A DNA stretch of 62,935 nucleotides, filler included, from Octopus bimaculoides (taxonomy: Eukaryota), in assembly GCF_001194135.2 (NCBI RefSeq). It is 6 parts of 6 records of this genome, joined end to end, with 100 filler letters (N's around TTAATTAATTAA, not from the genome) between each part and the next. Parts side by side here need not be neighbours in the genome. Positions count along the whole stretch, not along the records: positions 15,695 to 26,123 come from NC_068993.1; positions 26,224 to 41,643 come from NC_068983.1; 4 more parts are not named here. The stretch is one strand, 5' to 3'. Under the pieces are notes generated by a model, which was not told the origin of the DNA, did not search any database, and was given only the letters and a program-made list of their open reading frames with translations. This document shows positions 24,130 through 36,053 of this stretch, in pieces. Made by a program: the position numbers and the translations under genes. Within the stretch, counting starts at the first letter, position 1, and each line of letters opens with the position of its first letter.

Positions 24130-24360
24130 AAGGTATTGGAATCTTATATGTATGCCATTCTGCCTAAACAATGGATCTACAAATACAATATCCTTACATT
24201 CACTCTCTATTTCCTATCTTATCTAAACTAACTATTGCTTAACCATCCTCTCACACCGTCTGCGATGAAGAGATATAATAAATATCCCGGAAACAGCTGT
24301 AAGACCTTCTATTTATAAATGTTATATATTATACACAGCCTTGGTTTTTTAAATTTTATT
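24130..24360 (+). mobile_element. probable Penelope-like element terminal fragment with a degenerate hammerhead-ribozyme motif
   Basis: GTCT GCGATGA A GAGATAT AATAA ATATCCC G GAAAC AGCT GTA AGAC at 24258-24305. The PLE assignment is inferred from the known PLE-hammerhead association. Confidence 0.5.
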
Positions 24361-24380
24361 ACGAAAAGTAAATCCTTATA

Positions 24381-24465
<85 letters not shown>

Positions 24466-25737
24466 TCCCGTTCGTTTGTTTATTACGTGTTTGACTTACG
24501 AAATTTTATTCACGTAACGCAACACTGTCTCTTTTCTTTCCTTTGCCTCTCTCTCTCTTTCTCTCCATGTTACTCTTCTCTGTTTCTCTAGTCCCTCTGA
24601 CTCTTCCCCTCTCCTCCCACTATCACGTGACCGGTCACGACCTAATTAAATTAGTACATAATTATCATGTTCTCCATTAATAGTTTAGTTCACCATTATA
24701 TTCTATGTTTATTCCAATCATTCATTTTATCAGTTTCTTAAACCTTGATGAGTCCATCATTATAAACCATGTAACTCCTATGTATCAATTCTTTACATTA
24801 GTTATATAATAAATTTTATCGCTTATGGGTCCTTTAAATGATATTAGATATATAAGTTTAATTTTAAAATTTTAGTCCAATATATATAAAAAATTTCACA
24901 TCTTATCTATGGTTCCTGATATTGGTGTAAATAAGTCTAAATGTACTTTACCATAGCATTTAAAATTAATGCCACTTCATTGTTTTTGTATACTGCCTTA
25001 ATTGATTATTTACATTATTATACACTATTTCATTTTATTTTATTATTAATTTATAATTAGCCTTTATTTATTCACATATTAATTAAGCAAATATTGGTAT
25101 CTCAAATATTTCAAACTTAGCATATGTAAAACAATACTGATATATTATTCTGATTAATGAAAAATATGAATAACCATTTACTGTATCTGTACACAATAAG
25201 CAAATTTATTTTATATACTTTTGACTTAGATGCCTTATGTTAAAACTTCCCCTGCTCCATTATAAACTGGTCTGCTAGTAGAGAACCCCCCCCCCCATCT
25301 ACAGTAGTTTGTCACTAAACTTAAAGAAATTTTATAACTATATCATCCATGTTTACCCCCTTTCCCTACAAAGAAAATGCCAGTGCCCTCTTAAGCTTTG
25401 AATCACCAAGTCTGATAAGATGATCCATAAATCAGAAACAAAAAACAAATAAAATCAGTGACAGTTAAAAATCTGCCTGTATGGTCTGGCTAAGTCAAAA
25501 TGGTTTTTTGTATTCTTCCTTTCTACTTGGAGAGTTTAAATGTAGTTATAAAAATATGTCCTTCTGTTGAAATGTATTTCAGTAAATTTCTATATCTTTG
25601 TGCAGCTGAGGATTGATCTCCATTTCACATTTGATGTACTGTTCACATTGCTTAAATAAATGGAGTCGCATGAAACGATCGTACAGCCTTAACTTTAGAT
25701 ATCCTTGTTGCTTATTTTGATTTTTTTACATACACAC

Positions 25738-25832
<95 letters not shown>

Positions 25833-26123
25833 AAAATTCTATAATTATAAACTTAATTATAATTAGGGTTCAGCAAATTGCTTCACCACATACCGAAATT
25901 TAGAAATAGCAGTTAAATACTATTTCTCTACCATAAGATATCTCCCAGACAGCAATACTCTCAATTCACCTACGTGAATTATAATTATAAAATTTTTGTA
26001 TAAGGTTACCGATAAAGGTTATTTTAACATACCGAACTACTAGGTAAAATTATTAATTATTAATTAATTAATTAATTTTTCCCTTTATTATTATTGAGTG
26101 TGTATATATATATATATATATAT

Positions 26124-26223
26124 NNNNNNNNNNNNNNNNNNNNNNNNNNNNNNNNNNNNNNNNNNNNTTAATTAATTAANNNNNNNNNNNNNNNNNNNNN
26201 NNNNNNNNNNNNNNNNNNNNNNN
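26124..26223. other. artificial assembly spacer
   Basis: 44 N + TTAATTAATTAA + 44 N. Confidence 0.9.
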
Positions 26224-26820
26224 GTACCAGAATTGGTTCCTTTTCATTGACAACTGCTTGCAAACTTTCCATGCTGTATGATGTTTCCCTGATTAGCTCT
26301 TGTGCTAATCTGTGTTGAACATCTGTGACAGGAGGAGCTGGAAGACCATAGATTTCAAGTTTGTTTCCACCCAGTAATTGAACCTTGTCGTCTATTAATC
26401 TTAATGTCTCATTGAAGATGTTATCATTGAATGTGACATCACCGTCACACTGATATTGAATTCTTTGAAGAATGTCTTCAGAAAGCCCCTCCTTGTATTT
26501 GTCCCAAAGTTGATTTGGATTTGACAATCCACAGTTCACCAGCATGATGGAGAAGAGGTTTCTCAGCTGCATAGGAGACTTGCACATTTGTGCCTCTGTC
26601 GGAGTGGCATCCCAGTGTGCATCATCTTCCAGAAGACCTCTGAGATGGCGAGCCTGGCGATATGTTTTACATACTGTGTTATCAACCGTTCGTAAGGCCG
26701 TAAATGATGTGGGTCCCTTGACATGGTGTAATAGAAGCCTTAGATAGTAGCACTCTGAGTAGTTGGGATGGACAACATAGACTCTGCCAAGTGTATCTGA
26801 TTTCTTGATTCCTGGATGAA
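26224..26820 (-). mobile_element. Helitron RepHel fragment (Rep-to-helicase linker region)
   Basis: ORF contains LGRVYVVHPNYSECYYLRLLLHHVKGPTSF, GLLEDDAHW, P.QLRNLFSIML.NC...PNQLW, typical of Helitron RepHel just upstream of the PIF1 helicase; cut by the spacer. Confidence 0.9.
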
Positions 26821-28890
26821 ATTTGTCACTCAGTGAACCAAAGAGCCAGTATCGAAGGTAACAGAAAAAAAACCCCTCAGCAACAGGAAAACACAAAACC
26901 GTACTTCTGTTAGTAAATGATGAAATTACTTACATCAGTAAATGTGAAATTGTTAGCGATTGAAAATGTAAACTTTTATTGAGAACAGTAACGATTGAAG
27001 TGAAAGTGAGGTTGAAGCGAAATTTGTCACTCAGTGAACCAAAGAACCAGTATCGAAGGTAACAGAAAAAAAAACCTCAGCAACAGGAAAACACNNNNNN
27101 NNNNNNNNNNNNNNNNNNNNNNNNNNNNNNNNNNNNNNNNNNNNNNNNNNNNNNNNNNNNNNNNNNNNNNNNNNNNNNNNNNNNNNNNNNNNNNNNNNNN
27201 NNNNNNNNNNNNNNNNNNNNNNNNNNNNNNNNNNNNNNNNNNNNNNNNNNNNNNNNNNNNNNNNNNNNNNNNNNNNNNNNNNNNNNNNNNNNNNNNNNNN
27301 NNNNNNNNNNNNNNNNNNNNNNNNNNNNNNNNNNNNNNNNNNNNNNNNNNNNNNNNNNNNNNNNNNNNNNNNNNNNNNNNNNNNNNNNNNNNNNNNNNNN
27401 NNNNNNNNNNNNNNNNNNNNNNNNNNNNNNNNNNNNNNNNNNNNNNNNNNNNNNNNNNNNNNNNNNNNNNNNNNNNNNNNNNNNNNNNNNNNNNNNNNNN
27501 NNNNNNNNNNNNNNNNNNNNNNNNNNNNNNNNNNNNNNNNNNNNNNNNGGACAGTTTTGTTAGAAATGGGAGAGAAATGACGATGCAATCAAAACTAATA
27601 TAAATTAAAAAACATGGATGTGTTTCATCGGTCGTTTTAAATAACTGTCTTAGGTATGCAATGAACAAAATAACAAAACAAATGAATTCAATATAGATTT
27701 ATCCTATTTTTTTAAAATCAAAGAAAACCTTAAATTGAAAAGTGGGTTCAAAATACGTATTGTAAATAATTATATTCAAATTATCGCTCAATTAACACAT
27801 TAAAATTAAAATAAAATTTACGCTGTATTAAAATAAAAAATAAAAATTTTACAGCAGTATATACGCATACTAGACTATCTACAACATACATATATACATC
27901 AAAATACACAGATGCAGACGTACAGATAATATACGTATATGGGCATATATTTGTAAGACATAAATACATGCACGAATACACATGTATGCATATACATATA
28001 TGCACGCAATCATGCTGGCATACGAAAATTATTCAGCGTTGGAACAGGCAAGTGTATCTTAAACTTATGGAGGGGGAAGTAAGGGTTGAGAAGAGTAATG
28101 TATAGATAGAGGACGTTACTAAGGGAGAAAGCATGGTTTTCGTGAGGAAGAAAGAAGGTAGTGGAATGTATATAACAAACGCACACAAAATTGGATTACG
28201 TATATATATGTGTACACAAAAATATATATTAGCATCACGTATACAGATATATAGGGATATATACGCAAATACACACAAATATAATTGTATACATGCGTAA
28301 GCACACATTCAAGCATGTATGTGTATAAGCATGAGCGCACATTTTCATATGTAACATAGACGCACACGCACGAATATATGTATGTATGTGTAAATATAAG
28401 CATACACTCTTACCTACGCATATACAAAGACGCACACATGAAACCATGTTTGTATGTGCACAAGTATAAACATAGGCTCTATACATAAGCATAGAGGCAC
28501 ACATACGAATAGATATGCATTGCTTCAATACAGACACCCACATAAAAAAACTTTTAGGTCTCAACGTATATATGCAGACAACTTTTTAAAGAAATTGCTG
28601 AGTGTATAATAGCGAAAATTGGACAAAATGCATTTATAATAGAATCCCATATATCGAACCATCCATAAAAACGGTTAAATTTGTTTACAAAATATTTTAA
28701 AATAAACAAAAATAAAATTAAATTAAATTAAAACAAGAAAACTATGCATATAACAGTCGAAGGCTTTCTTACAAATGTAGGGATCTATACAATATTCTTG
28801 CAATGCGAAGTAAATGATGTATAATGCGGTAGAAATCCAATAGTGAGATTGCAAACTGGTTTCAAGGAGTCAAAAATTATCAAAAATATA

Positions 28891-30356
28891 CTACCCATAT
28901 GGTATGTTATTAGCCGACATTTTAAATTTAGACACATGTCTACATGAATTTAAAAGTTCGCGTCTTTGGTTTAAAGATTTCTTGTCTTGGAATAAAATAT
29001 GGAATTTCTCTAATAGACACAAACCACATTTAATTGGTCTTTTGTGGGTACCGTGCCTGTAAGGCGATGCTCTACCTAAAATCCTCCATGTCACGCTGAA
29101 AGGTCGAATTTCGCTTTTTTTTAATTGCCAGACGTATTTTGCCAGGCTAGTCTTTGTCCTATTTTCGAGGTATTTGAATGAATTTTCAGCAGCCCCTGTG
29201 TAAGTTCTATATTCGTGTGAGCCTTCTATCTGAGCTTTGGCTCTATACACGATACCTTTTTCCAGACATCACCCTTCCAATGGACAGGAGGCTCCAACTT
29301 TGAAATTGTAGCTTTTTGGAAAAGAATCAGCATTATGATTTTTAGCAATTATCTTGTGCTGGCTAATCAAAGAGGCGAAGTTTTTGCAGCAAGAATAGCT
29401 GATCTTAAGCGTTCTTCTATTGAATATTCTCTAAAACTTATGGTCGGGTTGAAAGTGTCTAGAGACTAATTTCTAAAATTCCTTACCTATATTAGTTCTT
29501 ACGGTCATATCGAAAGCTGGGTTGAACAACAAATCTTTCCTAGTCCTAGTTCTACGTGTTATGTTGTTAGCATTAAACTGGGTATGATGGATCCTCTCAG
29601 AGAATCCATTATTCCTTAAAGCACTATTATAATAAGGTGCTGCGTTTTGGAATGTTGCCTCATCCGTAGAAATTGACGATATTCGCCTACCTACGTTACT
29701 AAGTTTCTAAGAATAACTGGCGGATGGTCGGATTCTTTGCTAATATAAGTTAGTTTATCATTAGGCTTACTGTAAGGTTTGAATTTATCTGGATTCAAGT
29801 CTAAATATACATCTAAGTAATCTACATTTTTGAGGTTAGTATCTATTGTAATCTGCAAGCCTATCCTTTGGAAGAAAGCAATTAGATCCTTCCTAAGTTC
29901 ATCTAATTCATAGCCGTTTATATTATGGGTGACTATAAGGCCGTCATCACTAAACAAGCCTGCGTCTATAAATGAGAATTCTAGCTTCAGATTGTGCAAC
30001 ATGTAAGCTCCTATAAGTGTACATAACTCAGCCCCATCGTATGCCCCCATCGGTACATCGAAAAGAGAATCCTTACTCTTTTTAATCCACGTAAATTCCT
30101 CATAAAAAAGAAGTGATTTTCTTGCATGCATGATATTGTATATTTCCGAGCTATCGATGTTGACATACTGTTTGGCGAATTCTAATGCTTTCAGGAGCAA
30201 AGGTCTGGATATTGATGGATAAAAATCAACAATATCAAACTGTGTAAATTTACAGTTATGCTTATGGCTAATCCCTTTAAACCAATCTATTACTAACTTA
30301 TTTTTCCAAATCCGTAAATTTAAATCACTATCTAACTTAGTTAAAATGCGATCCAT
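28891..30356 (-). mobile_element. Penelope-like retroelement (RT + GIY-YIG endonuclease), decayed, Naiad-like
   Basis: RT motifs QFDIVDFYPSI, DVPMGAYDGAE, FSDDG, DYLDV. Linker read by hand across a frameshift and stops: NPAFDMTVRTNIGK, KISYSC, CPLEG*C. Endonuclease IVYRA...YTG, KCGLCLLEK, SLNQRRELLNSCRH. Confidence 0.9.
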
Positions 30357-30457
30357 TTGTATCTCTCATTGTTCGCATACCAAATTCTGTATTTATATTT
30401 CATGTTGTTTACATTTTGTGACGTCCTGTACCCATATATGCACATATATATATATAT

Positions 30458-30681
30458 ATCATCATCATCGTTTAACGTCCGCTTTCCATGCTAGCATGGG
30501 TTGGACGATTTGACTGAGGACTGGTGAAACCGGATGGCAACACCAGGCTCCAGTCTGATTTGGCAGAGTTTCTACAGCTGGATGCCCTTCCTAACGCCAA
30601 CCACTCAGAGAGTGTAGTGGGTGCTTTTACGTGTCACCCGCACGAAAACGGCCACGCTCGAAATGGTGTCTTTTATGTGCC
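30458..30681 (-). mobile_element. RTE-related SINE family D (young-looking copy)
   Basis: CATCATCATCGTTTAACGTCCGCTTTCCATGCTAGCATGGG...CAGCTGGATGCCCTTCCTAACGCCAACCAC. Confidence 0.8.
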
Positions 30682-31003
30682 NNNNNNNNNNNNNNNNNNN
30701 NNNNNNNNNNNNNNNNNNNNNNNNNNNNNNNNNNNNNNNNNNNNNNNNNNNNNNNNNNNNNNNNNNNNNNNNNNNNNNNNNNNNNNNNNNNNNNNNNNNN
30801 NNNNNNNNNNNNNNNNNNNNNNNNNNNNNNNNNNNNNNNNNNNNNNNNNNNNNNNNNNNNNNNNNNNNNNNNNNNNNNNNNNNNNNNNNNNNNNNNNNNN
30901 NNNNNNNNNNNNNNNNNNNNNNNNNNNNNNNNNNNNNNNNNNNNNNNNNNNNNNNNNNNNNNNNNNNNNNNNNNNNNNNNNNNNNNNNNNNNNNNNNNNN
31001 NNN

Positions 31004-31035
<32 letters not shown>

Positions 31036-31619
31036 ATGTATGTAAGTATATGTGTACACAAACTGCATCATCTCATTGAAACCATGCTAAAAAACCAATA
31101 TGTTGAAGAAAGATACGTTCCTGCAATCTGTCAGAACCTGCCAAACCATCTAGTATATTCAAGCATGTAAGGCAGAAGCAAAATGATAACAATAATGATG
31201 AAGATGATGATCATGATGAAGATATATGTTAGACAGAGAGACTCTGGGTATTTGTAAATATATAGAGTATGTATGAGTAGGAAATAGAAAATAAATGCAG
31301 GGAGGGCCAGCCAGCAAGAAAGAGAGAGAAAGTGATATATTGATGTAGCTCTTAGCTAAACATATTGATAATGACAGATTATTCAAGCCATTTCTATGAA
31401 TTGTGACGATGTTATTTTCGAAGATGAGGTCTCTCCTATGAATATATATTGCAGTGATGTTTACACAATAACAACTTCACAGTCACTTTCTGTAATCTAT
31501 CTCACAAATGTTTCAGGAAGAATATAATTGGAATGTGTCTGTGGCTATTGCTAAATTTACTGTGCTTTATTTTAACTTTATTTCCTCATAATGATTGTAT
31601 GAGATTTCTATACTCAAGT

Positions 31620-32230
31620 TAATTTATTTTTTGTGGTCATGATGACACCAACTGCAGTGAGTGGTGAAGGTTGGAATAGCAATAACAACGATGAAGACAA
31701 AAATGATGATGTTGATGCTGATGACCATGGCAAAGAAAAAGAAGGAAGAGTAGGAGACAGAGAAAGTGGACGGGGAGGACGAAAAGGAGACGGAAAGTAT
31801 CGGTGATGATGATGATGATGATGATGATGATGAGGGGGGAGGGAGGATAAGTCTCATGATGTTGCTTATGGTTTTGATGATAATAGGGGTAATAGTAACT
31901 GTGATACTGAAGATGATAAGGGGATGATGATGATGATGACAATGACAATATGGTAGTGGTGATGATGATGATGGTGGTGATTATGGTGGTGAGGGTGATG
32001 CTGATACTGGTTGGGCTAGTGCTTGTACTGATGATGATGATAATGATTATGGTGAGAAAGTGGAGGAGGAGGTGGAGGAAGAGATAAAGAAGAGGAGGAG
32101 GAGGTAGAGTAGAGAAGCGGAAGTGGAGGAAGCAGAAAAGAGGAGAAGGAAATAGAGAAGAGTAGGAGAATGGGGAGGAGGGGAAGGAGGAAGTGGATAG
32201 GATGTTATTGATAATGCACATGGTGACAAC
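31620..32230 (+). repeat. (GAT)/(GGA)/(GGT) low-complexity region
   Basis: Visible triplet runs. Confidence 0.8.
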
Positions 32231-32492
32231 TGGAGATCAAACCAATAGAAATGTAATAGACATGTAAATAATGAAATATATAAAAGAAAATTTCATCAAT
32301 AAAGCTACAATTACTAGTATTAGAAAATTAGGTCTTAAGAAAAGTTACATCTTCAGACAATTTTTACTTTATGTGTAAAAAGACGGAGATGTTACTAATG
32401 TATTTCTTTCAATCATACTGTACTCAAATCCAGTGTAGTTTTCCAGCAAGATCAGCGCATTGATTCCTGCAGAAAATAGGTCAGAAACATAG

Positions 32493-32660
32493 AGGTGCAG
32501 GGGTGGCTGTGTGGTAAATAGCTTGCTAACCAACTACATGGTTCCAGGTTCAGTCCCACAGCATGGCAGGTGTCTTCTACTATAGCCTCAGACTGACCAA
32601 AGACTTCTGAATGGATTTGGTAAACGGAAACTGAAAGAAGCCAGTTGTATATATATATAC

Positions 32661-32702
<42 letters not shown>

Positions 32703-33235
32703 ATGTGTGTGTGCATGTGTATGCATGTGTGTGTGTGTGTGTGTATACGTTTGTGAGTCTGTTTGTACACCCACCATCACTTGACAACTGATGCTGGAGT
32801 ATTTGCGTCTGCATAACTTAGCAGTTCAGCAAAAAATAGAATAAGTACAAGGAATAAGTCCTGGAGTCGATTTATTCAACTTGGGCAAGTGTCTTCTACT
32901 ATAGCCTCAGGCTGACCAAAGCCTTCTGAGTGCATTTGGTAGACGGAAACTGAAAGAAGCCTGTTGTGTATATATATATACATATATATGTGAGTGTGTG
33001 TATGTGCATGCATGTGTGTGTGTGTGTGTATGTTTGTGAGTTTATTTGTCCACCCACCATCGCTTGATAACTGATGCTGGCGTATTTGCGTCCCCATAAC
33101 TTAGCAGTTGAGCAAAAGTGAATGATAGAATAAGTACAAAGAATAAGTCCTGGAGTCGATTTATTCAACTGAAGGTGGTGCTCCAGCATGGCTGCAGTCA
33201 GATGACTGAAACAAGTAAAAGAATAAAAGAATAAA
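32493..33235 (+). mobile_element. two tandem SINE family A copies (second one 5' truncated)
   Basis: First copy stops at GTCGATTTATTCAAC (32880) and restarts at TTGGGCAAGTGTC. Confidence 0.85.
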
Positions 33236-33527
33236 CTGAAGAAAGCCATGAAGGAGACCAAGATAGCAGCTGAAACCAGCTCAGGTTGATAAGAGACTGC
33301 AAGTGGACCCCTTCCTTAGGTGAAGACAAGTTCAGTCCTCACTGCCCCACTCAGGTAAAGCATACAGGCTGATGGCTAAACTGCTTGAGATGCCTCCCTG
33401 AAATGCTTGTTAATATTACAAAAGGATTTCCAGCATTGCAATGGATTTAGAAGAGCCTGCGAAACCTCTGAGTAGCTGCTGCAGTTTCTACATGGGACAA
33501 AGCATCTCTGATGTTTATTTCAACTAC

Positions 33528-33559
<32 letters not shown>

Positions 33560-33560
<1 letters not shown>

Positions 33561-33680
33561 ATGTGGTAGGTAGCTTGCTTCCTAACCACATGGTTCCGGA
33601 TTCAGTCCCACTGCATGCCAACCAAGGCCTTGAGAGTGGATTTGGTAGACAGAAACTGAAAGAAGCCCATCATATATATA
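33560..33680 (+). mobile_element. SINE family A, 5' half, internally deleted
   Basis: GGTAGGTAGCTTGCTTCCTAACCACATGGTTCCGGATTCAGTCCC...GAAACTGAAAGAAGCC. Confidence 0.8.
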
Positions 33681-35119
33681 TAAAATAAATATGTTTCAAA
33701 GAAAAAAGACGACACATGGTATAAATAGGGGAAAAGTAAAAAAAAAACAAAGAAAATGCACATTAGATATAAAAAATAAAGGCTTTTTTAAGAGAAGCAA
33801 TGATATATATACATAAAATTAGATGATTTGAGGTGGAATTACGAAGTATAAAAATTATTATTATGAATCATTATAGAGATACAAAGTCATACCGGTATCA
33901 TCAGAGCTGATCACTGACTTTGAATAAACACCAATTTCCAAACAGTGTTGGGTCTAATAATACCTGAGTGAAAAGATACATGCAAGGGAGGTAAACAGTT
34001 CTGGAAGTGATGGAATTAAGGTAGCTATAAATACTGGAATATGCATGATGTATGGAAATTAGTGGGATTATTGGTATTGGTAAGGTTAGTAGTGTCTAGT
34101 ATTAAGTTGTTTGTTCATGTTGAGTTGTGGATGATATTTATAAATGAAAGTTGTCTCTTTATTTAATCTTTGCTGTACTGAGGTGTTCTGTGTGTATACA
34201 TATGTTTAGATATATAGATCAAAATATATATTCACATACACATATATACACACACATAAATATATATATGTATGGATTCCATTTTTTCCTCATGTACATT
34301 GTATCTCTATAGCTAAATCATTATATTTTATTAATTTCAAACTGTCATCAAAAAGATATTTTATATATTAGTAAAATAATAATAATAATAATAATACCAA
34401 CAACAACAACAATAATAATAGTAATTACAATAATTATAATAATTATAATATAAAGGTGTTCATTGCTTATAATACAAATTAAAATTGTGTGGGAAAAATG
34501 GCTGTGAAATTTCACAGTCATATTCCAGAATATTTGTCATGTTTTGTGACAGTTTTCAAGAATATCTTTATTATTTATTTCCTATCATAACTCATCTTGT
34601 TTTTATATCTATATATTGGCAAATTAATATAACAAACCCCTTGATAATGTCTGTGAATGTCCTCCAAAAGTGACTGACATAATCTGATTAGTTTCTGATT
34701 TTCACAAAATATTCAATATTTGCTATTATGCATTAAAAAATGGTTTACAAGCAGCTTTGAAAAAACTATCATACAATTTTTGTTGGCAGAATTGCATTTC
34801 AAAATGGATTCCCTTTTCTGCATTTAACCCTTTACCTTGAAGATTGCATCAGAAAGTTTTCATTAAAAAGAATCATATTCAATTGAGATGAGTTATGCAA
34901 CTTGCTTGCCCAGAGGGCATGATTTAAATTATGCTTTAATGTTACACTCAGGACCATACATTCTGGCATTTTGTTTATCATGCTTGTGGCAAAAACAGAC
35001 AGCAGTACTTGTTGCAATCTTCTGACTTGCCAGTTCCTGTTGAACCATCCAGCTGATGTTAGCATGGCAAACAGATGATAAATGTGGATGATCGTGACAA
35101 TAATGATGCAGCCATTGTA

Positions 35120-35443
35120 CTTCACAATATATGCATATACAGGCCAAATATCATTCGACGGCAAAGGGTACAAAAGTGATGCATCGTAGAGATCAGCTTC
35201 TCTGTGGATGTGAATGTTTCTTTGAAAATTAGGGGAAAAGATAACATCTGTGGAGAACTGATGAGAAACCTACAATTCTTACACACAAGCTACAAGTTTT
35301 CATTTGTTTCTATTATCGTAGGTGCACTGAAACATACAACATCTTGTTTGCATAGAAACCTAGAAATGCTTGCATTTTTCAAAAAAGAGCAGATCAGATT
35401 GATTTGTGTCCTCCAGAAGCTCACAGCATGTGCACTCACATAG
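35120..35443 (+). pseudogene. RLE-domain fragment of a non-LTR retrotransposon (distinct R4-like family)
   Basis: YRPNIIR...CIVEISFSVDVNV...K....GEL.RNLQ.L...YKF.FV.IIVGAL fits the RLE PD..(D/E) plus PIIVGALG pattern. Confidence 0.6.
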
Positions 35444-35469
35444 GTGCAGGGAAAGAGAGAATTCCATCT

Positions 35470-35760
35470 CTTTATCTCATTTCCTCTGGAGACTTTGCCA
35501 CTCCCTGAATGAAAACCCCTAACATTGAATAGACGATCATTGACAGGTTCCCACCTTTCCCACTGGAGCTCACAATTGCCAACGCTACCTCTTTGAAAGA
35601 TTGCACATTCTCCACCAGCCTGCAGTACCTATCATGAGTAATATGAACTATCTTATTGCTGCCACCAGAGGTACTCTCTCCTGGTGAACTTCAAACCACT
35701 GGCTACCATTAACCCAAATATACAACCATGACATTGGATGCAGCTCCACACTGGGTATCC
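35470..35760 (-). pseudogene. possible APE endonuclease relic of a LINE
   Basis: Only the short motif WEPVNDRLFNVRG on the minus strand supports this. Confidence 0.25.
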
Positions 35761-36053
35761 CACAAACAAGGACAATGCCTATGCAAACCACAGGCTAACC
35801 TTCCAAAATTATTCATCTCCTGTAACCCCTACACCTGCCTCCATAAATGTGGATTTGTGCACACACAAATACATACATAAGTATACTAGTCCTCACTTGC
35901 TTTCTCTTCCCATGCCACCAAACCTCAGTCCAATGCTAATTTCCCACCTCAGCTGTAATACTGTTGCAACCACACTAGTTCACATTTGTCATGTCTGCCT
36001 ACATAAACACCAAAGCATGCTTATATACGTATGTGTGTGTGATATCAGATATA

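Noticed and set aside
29269-29271. In-frame TGA in the Penelope-like ORF as possible selenocysteine
   Set aside because: It falls at the variable position of GxC, not at a Cys. CGA-to-TGA decay is simpler, and the copy has other stops and a frameshift.
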